The position numbers were made by a program, and so were the translations under genes. Below, one piece after another: positions 5,660 through 15,400 of a stretch of DNA of 30,626 bases. The stretch's first letter is position 1. The number at the start of each line of letters is the position of its first letter. Origin of the DNA: a virus; the IMG/VR virus record IMGVR_UViG_3300043579_000184, positions 99,315-129,940 of that record. One strand, 5' to 3'. The notes beneath the pieces were generated by a model. It did no database searches, had not been told where the DNA came from, and worked only from the letters and a program-made list of their open reading frames with translations.

Positions 5660-7072
5660 ATGGAATCTGCTGTTGGCATTCAGTGGGCCTACTCGAACAA
5701 GCGGCAGTCCGCCTACCCGGTGCCGAACCCGCCCGAGGACATCGACCAGTCGCACCCCTTCGAGGGCACCGACATCGGCGACCACACGGTCAACATGGTC
5801 GATAACGCGGAGCTGTACGGCAAAGGGCACGAGTTTGCGACCCGCGAATACCTGCTGTCGTGGGACACGCGCTTCCGCCGCCAGACCTTCCTGACCTCCA
5901 AGATGGCCGGGTGGGGCTTTGCGTTCCACAGCGGCAAGGTCACGACCAGCGCGCTGGGCGGCGGCGCGTTCCAGCACATCTACGAGTATCAGGATCCGAA
6001 CGGAGCCGGGTACTACGGCTCCGGCCGCCAGCTCCCGGTCACGACCATTGTCGAGCGGGTTACCTCCGGGCTCATCCGGCGCTTCCCGTCGATGCTGGTC
6101 AGCGCCATCGAGCTGAGCGGCGCGATGAACGACTTCTGCCGGGTCGCGATGGATCTGGTGGGGTCGGGCGCGATGAACCGGCTGCCGACCAGCGGCTCGG
6201 TCGGCGGCTCGGCCAAGATTGGCGGCGGGGCGGACGGCACGGTGACGGTCACCGACGACGTGGTCGGCGACTCCGCCAAGACCATCGAGGTCGTGGTCGC
6301 GCCCGGGGTGAGCGCGTCCATGGCGGCGGCGATCACCGGCGACGACATCACGGTGACGCTCGGGACCGACGTGACCGGGGCCCCGGACCCGGCGAAGAAC
6401 ACGGCTACGCTGGTGGCGGCCGCCGTCGAGGCGCTGGCGGGCGTGACCGCTGTGGCCAGCGGCACCGGGGCCGACCCGATCACCGGCAGCTCGCCGCCCA
6501 AGGGCTTCACCGGCGGCGGCGTGGCGTTTGTCTTCCCGACGGGCGAGGACGCCAACGAAGGCGAGCGCCTCCGCAACACGGCGATGCTGTTTCAGGTCGG
6601 CGAGACCGGCGACCTGCAGGACGTGAGCTGCGACATCCGGAGCTGGCGCTTCCGCTCGGAGTACTCGCTGGCGGACGTGGACGGCTACTGCCCCGGCTCG
6701 GGCTACTTCGTCCCCGGCGACCCGCTGAGCGGACAGGTCCGCAACAAGCTGGAGTTCCTCCGCCGGGCCGTCATGCTGGAGTGGGTCATCCGCGCCTCGG
6801 CCGACAACACCATCTTCACGCAGTTGGAGCAGCTCGTGAATCTGGCGGCCACCATCACCCTGACGGGGGCGGCCATCACCGGTAGCTCGGCGTACCACGA
6901 AGTCAAGATCAACGTGCCGCAGATCAACTACCGGGCGATCCCGATTGGGGTGGACGGCGACCTGATCACGTATTCCCTGCAGACGGTCATCCGCTGGGAC
7001 GACACGCTGCAGAACCCGTGGGAAGTCACCATCAAGAACGACACCGACCAGTATCTGGCCGCGTCCGTGTGA
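5660..7072 (+). CDS. Major tail tube protein with internal inserted Gly/Ala/Thr/Val-rich domain, 470 aa
   Basis: GAGGA RBS. Lies between connectors and chaperone/TMP genes. Beta-rich tube-like N- and C-parts, followed by a strong hairpin as for highly expressed structural genes. Confidence 0.75.
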   Translation: MESAVGIQWAYSNKRQSAYPVPNPPEDIDQSHPFEGTDIGDHTVNMVDNAELYGKGHEFATREYLLSWDTRFRRQTFLTSKMAGWGFAFHSGKVTTSALGGGAFQHIYEYQDPNGAGYYGSGRQLPVTTIVERVTSGLIRRFPSMLVSAIELSGAMNDFCRVAMDLVGSGAMNRLPTSGSVGGSAKIGGGADGTVTVTDDVVGDSAKTIEVVVAPGVSASMAAAITGDDITVTLGTDVTGAPDPAKNTATLVAAAVEALAGVTAVASGTGADPITGSSPPKGFTGGGVAFVFPTGEDANEGERLRNTAMLFQVGETGDLQDVSCDIRSWRFRSEYSLADVDGYCPGSGYFVPGDPLSGQVRNKLEFLRRAVMLEWVIRASADNTIFTQLEQLVNLAATITLTGAAITGSSAYHEVKINVPQINYRAIPIGVDGDLITYSLQTVIRWDDTLQNPWEVTIKNDTDQYLAASV

Positions 7073-7098
7073 CCTTCGCCAGCACCGACCCGGCCGGA

Positions 7099-7134
7099 GG
7101 CGGGGGGCTTCGAGCGGAGCCCCCCGTCGTTTGT
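7099..7134 (+). terminator. GC-rich stem-loop after major tail gene (partial terminator or mRNA stabiliser)
   Basis: CGGGGGGCTTC (7101-7111) pairs with GGAGCCCCCCG (7116-7126) with one G-U pair, followed by a weak T tract (TCGTTTGT). Confidence 0.55.
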
Positions 7135-7228
7135 ACCCCCCTCAGTAATCCGTCGGTAGCCTGTTTCCTACAGTAGGCCCGCTTCCGGGGTGCGGCCCCG
7201 GTCAAGCACAGACGTAGGAGGCTCCACC

Positions 7229-7717
7229 ATGCCAGCGGTCCGTTCCAACCCCAAGATCGTCACGCGCGCCGATCACGCGATCATCCAGAGCAAGATCCAC
7301 CTGCAGGGCACCGAGGACTATGCGGTCGTCATCCAGAAGGGCAAGGGCTTCTGGAACAAGTCGATCCACGTCTTCAGCCGCCAGCCGTCGCAGCGCGAGC
7401 TGCAGACCTTCGAGGAAACCAGCAGCCGCCTCAAGTTCAAGGGGCAGAAAGCGGAGATGGAGGGCTCGCCCATCTTCGCGGCCGCCGAGCTGTACAACCG
7501 GCTCATCGACCGGGTCTACGACGTGCTGGTCGGGGTGCAGTCCCACGAGCGGATGAACAGCGAGCAGGCCCGGACGTTCGTGCCGCCGCTGGTGAAGCGC
7601 GAAGCCATCCGGGAGTTCACGGCCGAGGTCTACTCGGCGTCCCGCATGGAGGAGGCCGAAGGCATCAGCGAGGGCAAGGACGACGAGGACGCCGAGCCCG
7701 ACGCGGAAGCGGGGTAG
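7229..7717 (+). CDS. Tail assembly chaperone (gpG-like), 162 aa
   Basis: AGGAGG RBS at ~7216-7221, ATG 7229. Lies between the major tail and TMP genes. Acidic C-terminus. Confidence 0.7.
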   Translation: MPAVRSNPKIVTRADHAIIQSKIHLQGTEDYAVVIQKGKGFWNKSIHVFSRQPSQRELQTFEETSSRLKFKGQKAEMEGSPIFAAAELYNRLIDRVYDVLVGVQSHERMNSEQARTFVPPLVKREAIREFTAEVYSASRMEEAEGISEGKDDEDAEPDAEAG

Positions 7718-8094
7718 CCCGCGCCACGGGCCTGCGGGCCACCATCCGGGCGTGGCTGCTGGAGGGACGGAAGAAGGAGCTGGGCGACCCGCCCATCACG
7801 CCGCCGACGCACAACCGGCGGCTGATGGGGCGGATCCAGTTCCTGCTCCGGATTGAGTCGCTCATCAACGTCGGGTGCAAGTACCAGCCGGACGACTTGC
7901 CGCCGCGCGTGTGGGACGAGCTGATCGCGATGGCGCTGGAGCGGCAGTTTGTGGACCGGCTGGTGGACCAGCGGCGGAACAAGAACCGTCAGCAGGACCG
8001 GGCGATCAATCAGGCCCGCAAGCAGACGGGCCTGCCGCCGCCCGGGGGGACGCTGTTCAAGCACTCGCGTCCCTTCAAGGGGAGTACGACGTAA
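7711..8094 (+). CDS. Tail assembly chaperone extension (gpT-like), probably reached by -1 frameshift
   Basis: The -1 frame is open across the TAG at 7715 and reads GVARATGLRATIRAWLLEGRKKELGDPP...MGRIQFLLRIESLINVG... to TAA 8094. No good RBS before ATG 7825. Confidence 0.6.
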   Translation, partial: GVARATGLRATIRAWLLEGRKKELGDPPITPPTHNRRLMGRIQFLLRIESLINVGCKYQPDDLPPRVWDELIAMALERQFVDRLVDQRRNKNRQQDRAINQARKQTGLPPPGGTLFKHSRPFKGSTT

Positions 8095-8119
8095 GCCGTT
8101 CAGAAGGTAGTACGACCTA

Positions 8120-11100
8120 ATGGCTGCGATTCTGGCGACGGTTGACATCGAGGATCTGGCGACCGCCAAGGTCAAGGGCATCAAGGATGCCCTGACCGAT
8201 CTCGTCCAGACCCAGCAGCAGCTCGCCGCCAGTAACGCCGCGCTCGCCTCCGGCACGGCGGGGGTCATCGCGTCCATGGGCGCGTCGGCGACCACCACCG
8301 GGACGGCGGCCAAATCCCTCGCCGACTACGTCGCCAAAATCGCCGCTGCTGTGCCCGTGGTGCAGCAGGCCGCCACCGGCATCGCCGCGCTCGGCCTCCA
8401 CATCCAGAACCATCAGGCCGCCATGCAGGGGGCCGCGCAGATCCTCACGGTGTACGGCGGAGGGCTCGCGGCGGTGGCGCAGGCGGCCCGCGACGGCTCG
8501 GCCCCCCTGCAGGCACAGGCGTCGGCCCTGTCGGAGCTGGCCGATGCCGCGAATGCCGGGGTCGTCGGGCTGAAGGAGCACGCCGGTGCCCTGAACGCCA
8601 TGATGATGCAGGTCAGTCAGGGCGTCCCGCTGACCAAGGCGCAGGCCGAGGCACTGGATGAGATGGCGGCCGGGCTCGCTGACGCCAACCGCGAAGCACT
8701 CGGCGCGGGCACGGCGATGCAGCAGTTAGCCGCGCAGCAACAGCAAGCGACCGCCGCCATCAAGGAGAGCTACAGCGGGCTCCAGCTCCTGACCAGCCAG
8801 CTCACCGAAGGCGTGACAGTCACCAAGCTGCAGGCCGACGCGCTGGCGGAGTTGTCAGCCGTCGCTCAAGCGGGGAACGGGTTCACCAAGGAGCAGGCCG
8901 CGACCCTCGCCGAGCTGTCCACGGCCCTGAAGGAAGGGGTGACCCTGACCGCCGAACAGGCCGCTACGCTGGAGAAGCTCACCGCCGAGTACGCCGCCGC
9001 GAACGCGGCCACCCTCGGGTTCAAGCAGGCGACGGAGCAGACCGCCACCGCTGTCGAGCAGCTCCTTGCGGTCCAGCGTGAGGAAGAACAGGCGATCCGC
9101 CAGACGTACTCGGCGCTGGAGCTGCTGAGCGACCAGATCAAGGCCGACACGACGCTGACGCAGGAGCAGACCTCGGCTCTCCGGGAGTTGCAAGCCACCC
9201 TGTCGGCGCAAGGGTTCGGGGCGGCAGCCAACACGCTAGGTGAGCTGGCGGAGGCGGGCGAAAAGAACGAGAAGGCCACGGAGGGGCAGACGGAGGCGCT
9301 ACAGAAGGTCTCATCGGCCTACGGGGACGCGCACGAGGGGGCGCTCAATCTCAAGGATGTGACGACCGCGAGTATCGGCGTCTTCGACAAGTTCCATATC
9401 TCGGCGACCCTTGTCGCCGGGGTGCTCGGCGTCCTCGGGGCGTCGGCCTTGCACTACGCCGAACAAGCCTCCCATGCAGCGGCGCGGTCCGAGGTGCTCA
9501 ACGACGCGCTCAACATTACCGCCAAGAACGCCCACCAGAGCAACCTCGCCATGCTCGTGGCGTCGGAGCAACTCAAAGACCACGGGGTCATCTCCGACGC
9601 AGCGGCCGAGTCGGTGATGAAGCTCGTACAGGCGGAGTTGAGTCTGGCGGACGCAGGCAAGCTCGTCCAAGTGGCCCAGAACGTCGCGGTTATCTCCGGG
9701 ACCAGCGTGACCGATGTTATGGAGCGCCTGACCCGCGCGGTCGAGTTCCAGTCGGTCCGGATGCTGAAGCAGTTCGGGATCATCGTCAACCTGCAGAAAG
9801 CCTACGCGGACTACGGTCGGGAGATCGGCAAGGAGGCCAAGAACCTCGATGACCTCGAAAAGAAGCAGGCCCTGCTGAACGCGGTTATCGAGAAGGGGTC
9901 GAAGTTTGCCGGGGCCCATGAAGCCGCGATGGACCGGGTCGGCGTGCGCTACGAGTCACTGACCAAACTCGCCGACGACGTGCTCGCCAAGGTCGGCGAA
10001 GGACTCCTGCCGGTCTTCAACAAATGGGTCACTGTCCTCAAGCTGCTCTACGAAGCGTTCCTCACACTGTCTCCCGGTGCCCAGCAGGCCACCTCGGCCC
10101 TCATCGTGTTCTTGGCGCAGTTGGCCTTGATCGGCAGCGTGTTGACCGGAGCCAAACTGCTGGGCATCACGAACCTGTTCGCGCAGCTCGGCCCGGCTGT
10201 GACCGCTGCCGGGGCCGCGATGACAGCGGCTCGGTCGGGGGTTGTTCCCTTGACCTCCGCGCTCGGCCTCTTGAAGGAAGGTGCAACCGCGAATGTGGCG
10301 GCGGCTGGACTGCTCCGCACCGCATGGGTCGGGATCGTCGCGTTCTTCGGCAGCTCGGTGACCGCTACTATTGTCCTCGTCACCGTCGCCATTGCGGCGC
10401 TGACGGCGGCGTACACCTACTTCACCAGTGGTCAGGAAGAAACGATCCAACGGAGCGTCGAGCATGTGGCGTCGGTACAGAAGGAGATCGACGCCATTCA
10501 CGATCTGGTCGGTGAGATTGGTGACATGACCACGACGGTCAACGGGCACCTGAAGGTGATTGACGATTCGACAGAAGGGCAGGAAGCCTATAACCAGAAG
10601 CTGAACGACCTGATCCGGCTCGTGCCCGATGCGGTTAAGTCCATCGACGCGATGACTGGCGCGTCGTATCTGAACCGTGACGCTATCGACGCGATGACGG
10701 CGTCGATGGAGGAGTACCGCAACGAGCTGCGCGAGACCGCCCGGACCATGCTGCCCACGACCGAAGCTGCTGCCGCTGCGGCCAAGGCCGCCTACGACGC
10801 GATCAAATCCAATCTGGACAACGCGCGAGCCCACGCCGACGCCCTGCAGGCCATTCCGTGGCGGGAGATGACTGACGCCCAGCGGCAGGATCTGGCGGTC
10901 TCCCTGAAGCGGGTGACGGCGCTCGACGCGGAGCTGAAGAAGCTCCACGACCGGAACGTCGCCGCACAGGCCAAGCTGGCGACCGACAAGGCGCTGACGG
11001 ATAGCACAAACGTCTCGATGACGGCGGTCTCCAACCTCAACAAAGCGTTCGCGGCACAACGTGCGGAGTTGGTTTCGGCCGCCGGGGGCGCGGATGCGTT

Positions 11101-14100
11101 TGCCAAGAAGCTGAAGTCGCTCGGGCTGGAAAAGGAGTTCCGGCTGCTGGACGAGGGGATGCGGATGGTGCGCGGCGTCCCGAAGCCCATCGCGGGAGCG
11201 AAAGACCCGGTGCAGGCACTAGCCGCAGAGGTCAGTGCCTTCCAGAAGCTATGGGACCAGAAGGAGGCCGCGCAGAAGCGTGCAGCGGAACAGGAAACGG
11301 CGCGTGTGAAAGCGGCGGTCAAGGCAGTCAATGACCTGATGAAGACCGACGCCGTCGAGACCGCGCGCTACACCCGACTGAACGAGATTCTGGGCGAACT
11401 GACGGTGGGGAGCACCGAGTGGAAGCGGGCCGTCGAAGCGGCGCAGCCCATCCTCAACTCCTACGCGAAGTCGGCTGAGTTCGGCTCCAAGGCGCTCGGC
11501 GCGCTGAACGTCGCCATCGACAAGTCGAACCAATTCATCGAGGAGTTCCTCCCGCAGGAGACGATCACCAAGTTCCAGAACTTCGACAAGGCCCTGCAGG
11601 ACGCTGAAGGGGACGCCGGGGAGTACAACCGCGTGGTGGAGCGTGGCGCGTCCATTATTGCGGCGTGGCGGGCCATGAACGACGGACAGCGGGCGCAGCT
11701 CGGCGACACGACTCGTCTGCAGAAGGCCGCCACTGAGGAGCTAGAGAATTACACCCGCCAGCTCGAAATGCAGGCCAAGCTGGAGCAGACACAGGAACTC
11801 GGGCAGGCCCGCCTCGACATGATGGACCGTCAGCGGGAGATGCTGCGCGACCTCACGCGGGAGGAAGAGGACGCGCAGCGGCGACGGCGGGACGCCAGTA
11901 TTGCGGCTGACGAGGCCATCAAGCAGAGCCGCCTGCAGATGCAGGACGAGATGATGGCGGAGACGCTCAAGGGCCAAGACCTCCTTGACTACCAGACCCG
12001 GCGGCGCATTGACGACATCCAGCATCGCTACGAGTTCGAGAAGGAAGCGCGTCAGCGAGCGCTTGACGACGAGGCGCGGGCGGTCGAGCAGCGGATCGAA
12101 CTGGCAGAAGAAGAGATTGCGCGGCGGGCCGAGCTGGCTATCCGGGCGCGGGACTTCGAGATCCGGATGATGAAGGAGAAGGCCGCCGCAGCAGCCGCCT
12201 TCGCGGCAGAACGGCCCGGCGACGTGGAGGCCCAGAAGGACGCCGAACGGTTGTCTCGGCAGGCCCAAATCGCCGAGAAGTACTTCGATGCCTACCGCGA
12301 CGGGATCGCTAAGATCCGGGACGAAGAGCTGCGCTTGCAGCAGACGACCAACACGCGCCTGCGGGCCACCGTCGCCGCCAACCAGAAGGCCGCCGACGAG
12401 ATCAGCGCCCAGCAGAAAACGCTGGTGGATGAACAGATCGAGCACATCCTCAAGCTCGCCGACGCGCACTCGGTGGCGGCCGAGCTGGCCAAGAAGGTCT
12501 GGAGCGACGTGGCCGGGGCGGTCTCGAAGGGCCTCTTCGACATGCTGAAGGACGGCCGCACCTTCGCACAGGGGATGAAGGGCCTGTGGGAGAACAACGT
12601 CAAGCCCGCGCTCATCGGTGTCTGGGAGTCTATCCGGGACTCGGTCCTCAATATCATGGAGGAGATGCTACAGGGCTGGATCAAGAACCTGCTCAAGATG
12701 AAGACCGCCACAAAGGGGGCCGACCTTGCGAGCGGGTTTGCGGCGATGAGTGCCGGGGACTCGGCAGGCGCGGACTGGCAGGGCCCGGTACAGGGCTCGA
12801 AGGGCGGCCTCTTCGGCAAGGGGTGGTTCGGCAAGGGGCAGAGCACGGGGCAGAACGTCATCGGCGGGCTTGCGGGCGGGGTCATCGGCGCGCAGGTCGG
12901 CTACGGCGTCGGCCGTCAGACCGGGAGCCGGACCGGCGGGGCCCTGTCGGGGGCGGCGGCCGGAGCGGCGGCCGGAGCGGCCTTCGGCGGCCCGTGGGGC
13001 GCGCTGATTGGCGGCGGCATCGGGCTGGTCGCGGGGATTTTCGGGGCGAACAAGGCGCGGAAGGAAGCCGAGAAGGCCCGCGACGAGTACATCAAGGCGT
13101 GGACCGGCGGGCTCGACGCCCTGAAGACCAAGGCGGCCGAAGCCGGGGTCAGCCTCGACGCCCTCAACAAAGCCAAGACCCCGGAGAAGGTCGCCGCCGC
13201 GATCAAGGACTTGGAGGAAGCCTTCCGCAAGCTGGACGAGCAGCTTGCGGTGAAGAAGGGGCGCGAGGAGTACATCAAGTCGTTCGAGCGCGGGCTCGAC
13301 ACCCTCAAGGAGCGGGCGGCGCTGGCCGGGATCAGCCTCGACGCCTTGCTCAACGCGGCGACGGCGCAGGAGCTACAGGACGCCATCGACGGGCTCAACA
13401 CCGCCCTTGCCGAACTGGAGAAGCGGGAAATTCTGGCCAAAGCCAAGTCGGATCTGGCGACCACCTACGCCCAGATGCAGGCGCTGTCAAAGCAGGCGCA
13501 ACTGGTCGGCTTCGACCTCCGCAAGCTCTACGACGCCGACACCATCGAAGAGTTCAACCGGCAGCAGGAGCGGCTGAACCAGCTTCTCGCCGAGCAGCAG
13601 GAACGCTTGCAGGCGCTGTCGAGCGCGACCCAAGGGCTGGAGACATGGGCGACCGGGTTCTCGCAGACCCTCCAGAAGGGCTTCGAGGGCGCGTTCCCCA
13701 AGGCGGCCGAGGTCGAGGAGTTCTACAAGAAGTTCAAGGAGGCACAGGACCGGGGCTTCAAGGGCACGGCGCTCGACTTCAGCAAGCAGATCAAGAAGGC
13801 CCTGCCCATGGAAGAGTTCATGAAGCTCTATCAGGAGGCCGTGGACAAGGGCTTCAAGGGCACCTACGAGCAGCTTGCCAAGCACCTGCAGATGCCGCAG
13901 AGCTTCCTCGACAGCCTGAAGAAGACCGCCGCCGGGGCGCAGGACGAGTTCCAGTCACTGGGCATCACGGCGGCGGCCAGCTTCGCGGCCATCGTCCGGG
14001 AGACCGGCGACCTCGTGGGGGCGATGAACGCGATTGCCCCGACCCTCGATCAGCTCATCGACGCGCAGGACAAGTGGGGCCTGAAGGCCGACGAGTCGTT

Positions 14101-15400
14101 CTCGTCGCTCATCCAGTTCCGCCGCATCATCAAGGACAATCAGGATGTCTTCAACTCCATCAGTGGCCTCACGCAGGCGCTGAAGGGGCTGACCGATGCC
14201 AACGCGCTGACCGAGGAATCCTTCGACGCCATGGGCCGGACGGCGGTCGAGAAGTACAACACGCTAGTCGCGCGTACCGGGGACGCCAAACTCTCGCTGC
14301 TGTCGATGCAGCCCACCCTGCAGGCCCTGTGGGAAGCCCAGAAGAAGTTCGGGTTCACGGTGGACGACGCGACCCAAGCCCTCATCGATCAGGGCATTGC
14401 CAACGGCACGGTCGGCGCGAACATGCAGAGCGTCGATCAGAAGATGCTCGACGTGCTCGGGCTCATCGCGCAGGCACTCGGCGTGACCAAAGACAAGCTG
14501 GACGACCTCGGGCTGGCCGGGGCGACGGCGGGCGACGGGGTGACCGCTGGGCTCAGTGACGCCGAGAAGGCGGCGCGTGAGGTCGAGATTCAGGCGGCGG
14601 AAGCTAAGCGGGAACTCGAACTCCTGCAGGGCGCGACCGAGGGCGGCGTGCCGGTGGTTGCCCCAGAAGACGAGCGCAAGCTGGGCGACATGCGGGAAGA
14701 GATCAAGCGGACGCAGGACGCGCTCCTCCTCGTCCGGCAGGGGGGCGTGGACGCTGGGGCGGCCATCGTGGCAGGCACCGACGCCGCCGTCGCCGGGCTC
14801 AATCAGGTCATCGCTAAGGCCGAGGCCGCCGCGCTGGCGCTCTTCGCGATGGGTGAGGAAGGCCAGCGGGCCGGGCGGAAGATCGAGTACGCCGCCGGAG
14901 GCGCGGCCGAAGGGCATTCCCCGACCGGCATCAAGCAGATCATCGTCCGCACCGAGGAAGCCCATGCGGCACTGGGTGTCTTCTCGCAGGACTTCCTCCG
15001 CGCCGCCCAGCAGATGGAAGAGGCGGCGGCGGGCGTGGCGGCGGTGGACATGGTCCCGCAGGACAAATACGGCGAGCTGACCGGCACCCTCGGGGGCCTG
15101 AGTGACACGTACGCCCTCGACAAGTTCGACCAGCTCATGCGCGAGCTGCAGACGCTGCAGGGCCCCGACAAGACGGTGTTCGTGGAGCCGCCGACCACCA
15201 TCCCTGAAGGGGCGGTCACGGTGCAGATCACGCAGGAAGGCGCGACGATCTCGGTCAACGCGCTCGACAACGCGAACATGGACGAGGCGTGGCGCAACCT
15301 CATCATGCCCGCCTACCTGAAGCATCTGGACAATAACGCGGACCAGCTCGCGGAGCGCACCGAGACGGCGGTCACGCGCTACCGGCGGCGGATGGGCTAA
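8120..15400 (+). CDS. Tape measure protein, 2426 aa
   Basis: Very long Ala/Leu/Glu-rich helical protein after the chaperone pair. TMP-like core (~9480-10050), hydrophobic segments (~10030-10430), coiled coil, Gly-zipper (~12850-13050). Confidence 0.92.
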   Translation: MAAILATVDIEDLATAKVKGIKDALTDLVQTQQQLAASNAALASGTAGVIASMGASATTTGTAAKSLADYVAKIAAAVPVVQQAATGIAALGLHIQNHQAAMQGAAQILTVYGGGLAAVAQAARDGSAPLQAQASALSELADAANAGVVGLKEHAGALNAMMMQVSQGVPLTKAQAEALDEMAAGLADANREALGAGTAMQQLAAQQQQATAAIKESYSGLQLLTSQLTEGVTVTKLQADALAELSAVAQAGNGFTKEQAATLAELSTALKEGVTLTAEQAATLEKLTAEYAAANAATLGFKQATEQTATAVEQLLAVQREEEQAIRQTYSALELLSDQIKADTTLTQEQTSALRELQATLSAQGFGAAANTLGELAEAGEKNEKATEGQTEALQKVSSAYGDAHEGALNLKDVTTASIGVFDKFHISATLVAGVLGVLGASALHYAEQASHAAARSEVLNDALNITAKNAHQSNLAMLVASEQLKDHGVISDAAAESVMKLVQAELSLADAGKLVQVAQNVAVISGTSVTDVMERLTRAVEFQSVRMLKQFGIIVNLQKAYADYGREIGKEAKNLDDLEKKQALLNAVIEKGSKFAGAHEAAMDRVGVRYESLTKLADDVLAKVGEGLLPVFNKWVTVLKLLYEAFLTLSPGAQQATSALIVFLAQLALIGSVLTGAKLLGITNLFAQLGPAVTAAGAAMTAARSGVVPLTSALGLLKEGATANVAAAGLLRTAWVGIVAFFGSSVTATIVLVTVAIAALTAAYTYFTSGQEETIQRSVEHVASVQKEIDAIHDLVGEIGDMTTTVNGHLKVIDDSTEGQEAYNQKLNDLIRLVPDAVKSIDAMTGASYLNRDAIDAMTASMEEYRNELRETARTMLPTTEAAAAAAKAAYDAIKSNLDNARAHADALQAIPWREMTDAQRQDLAVSLKRVTALDAELKKLHDRNVAAQAKLATDKALTDSTNVSMTAVSNLNKAFAAQRAELVSAAGGADAFAKKLKSLGLEKEFRLLDEGMRMVRGVPKPIAGAKDPVQALAAEVSAFQKLWDQKEAAQKRAAEQETARVKAAVKAVNDLMKTDAVETARYTRLNEILGELTVGSTEWKRAVEAAQPILNSYAKSAEFGSKALGALNVAIDKSNQFIEEFLPQETITKFQNFDKALQDAEGDAGEYNRVVERGASIIAAWRAMNDGQRAQLGDTTRLQKAATEELENYTRQLEMQAKLEQTQELGQARLDMMDRQREMLRDLTREEEDAQRRRRDASIAADEAIKQSRLQMQDEMMAETLKGQDLLDYQTRRRIDDIQHRYEFEKEARQRALDDEARAVEQRIELAEEEIARRAELAIRARDFEIRMMKEKAAAAAAFAAERPGDVEAQKDAERLSRQAQIAEKYFDAYRDGIAKIRDEELRLQQTTNTRLRATVAANQKAADEISAQQKTLVDEQIEHILKLADAHSVAAELAKKVWSDVAGAVSKGLFDMLKDGRTFAQGMKGLWENNVKPALIGVWESIRDSVLNIMEEMLQGWIKNLLKMKTATKGADLASGFAAMSAGDSAGADWQGPVQGSKGGLFGKGWFGKGQSTGQNVIGGLAGGVIGAQVGYGVGRQTGSRTGGALSGAAAGAAAGAAFGGPWGALIGGGIGLVAGIFGANKARKEAEKARDEYIKAWTGGLDALKTKAAEAGVSLDALNKAKTPEKVAAAIKDLEEAFRKLDEQLAVKKGREEYIKSFERGLDTLKERAALAGISLDALLNAATAQELQDAIDGLNTALAELEKREILAKAKSDLATTYAQMQALSKQAQLVGFDLRKLYDADTIEEFNRQQERLNQLLAEQQERLQALSSATQGLETWATGFSQTLQKGFEGAFPKAAEVEEFYKKFKEAQDRGFKGTALDFSKQIKKALPMEEFMKLYQEAVDKGFKGTYEQLAKHLQMPQSFLDSLKKTAAGAQDEFQSLGITAAASFAAIVRETGDLVGAMNAIAPTLDQLIDAQDKWGLKADESFSSLIQFRRIIKDNQDVFNSISGLTQALKGLTDANALTEESFDAMGRTAVEKYNTLVARTGDAKLSLLSMQPTLQALWEAQKKFGFTVDDATQALIDQGIANGTVGANMQSVDQKMLDVLGLIAQALGVTKDKLDDLGLAGATAGDGVTAGLSDAEKAAREVEIQAAEAKRELELLQGATEGGVPVVAPEDERKLGDMREEIKRTQDALLLVRQGGVDAGAAIVAGTDAAVAGLNQVIAKAEAAALALFAMGEEGQRAGRKIEYAAGGAAEGHSPTGIKQIIVRTEEAHAALGVFSQDFLRAAQQMEEAAAGVAAVDMVPQDKYGELTGTLGGLSDTYALDKFDQLMRELQTLQGPDKTVFVEPPTTIPEGAVTVQITQEGATISVNALDNANMDEAWRNLIMPAYLKHLDNNADQLAERTETAVTRYRRRMG

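Noticed and set aside
5006-6898. 630-aa antisense ORF (also 24725..27130, 17584..19326, 19546..20952 on -, and 12586..14559 on +)
   Set aside because: They overlap well-supported genes, have Arg/Gly/His-rich low-information composition and are expected shadows in high-GC coding DNA.
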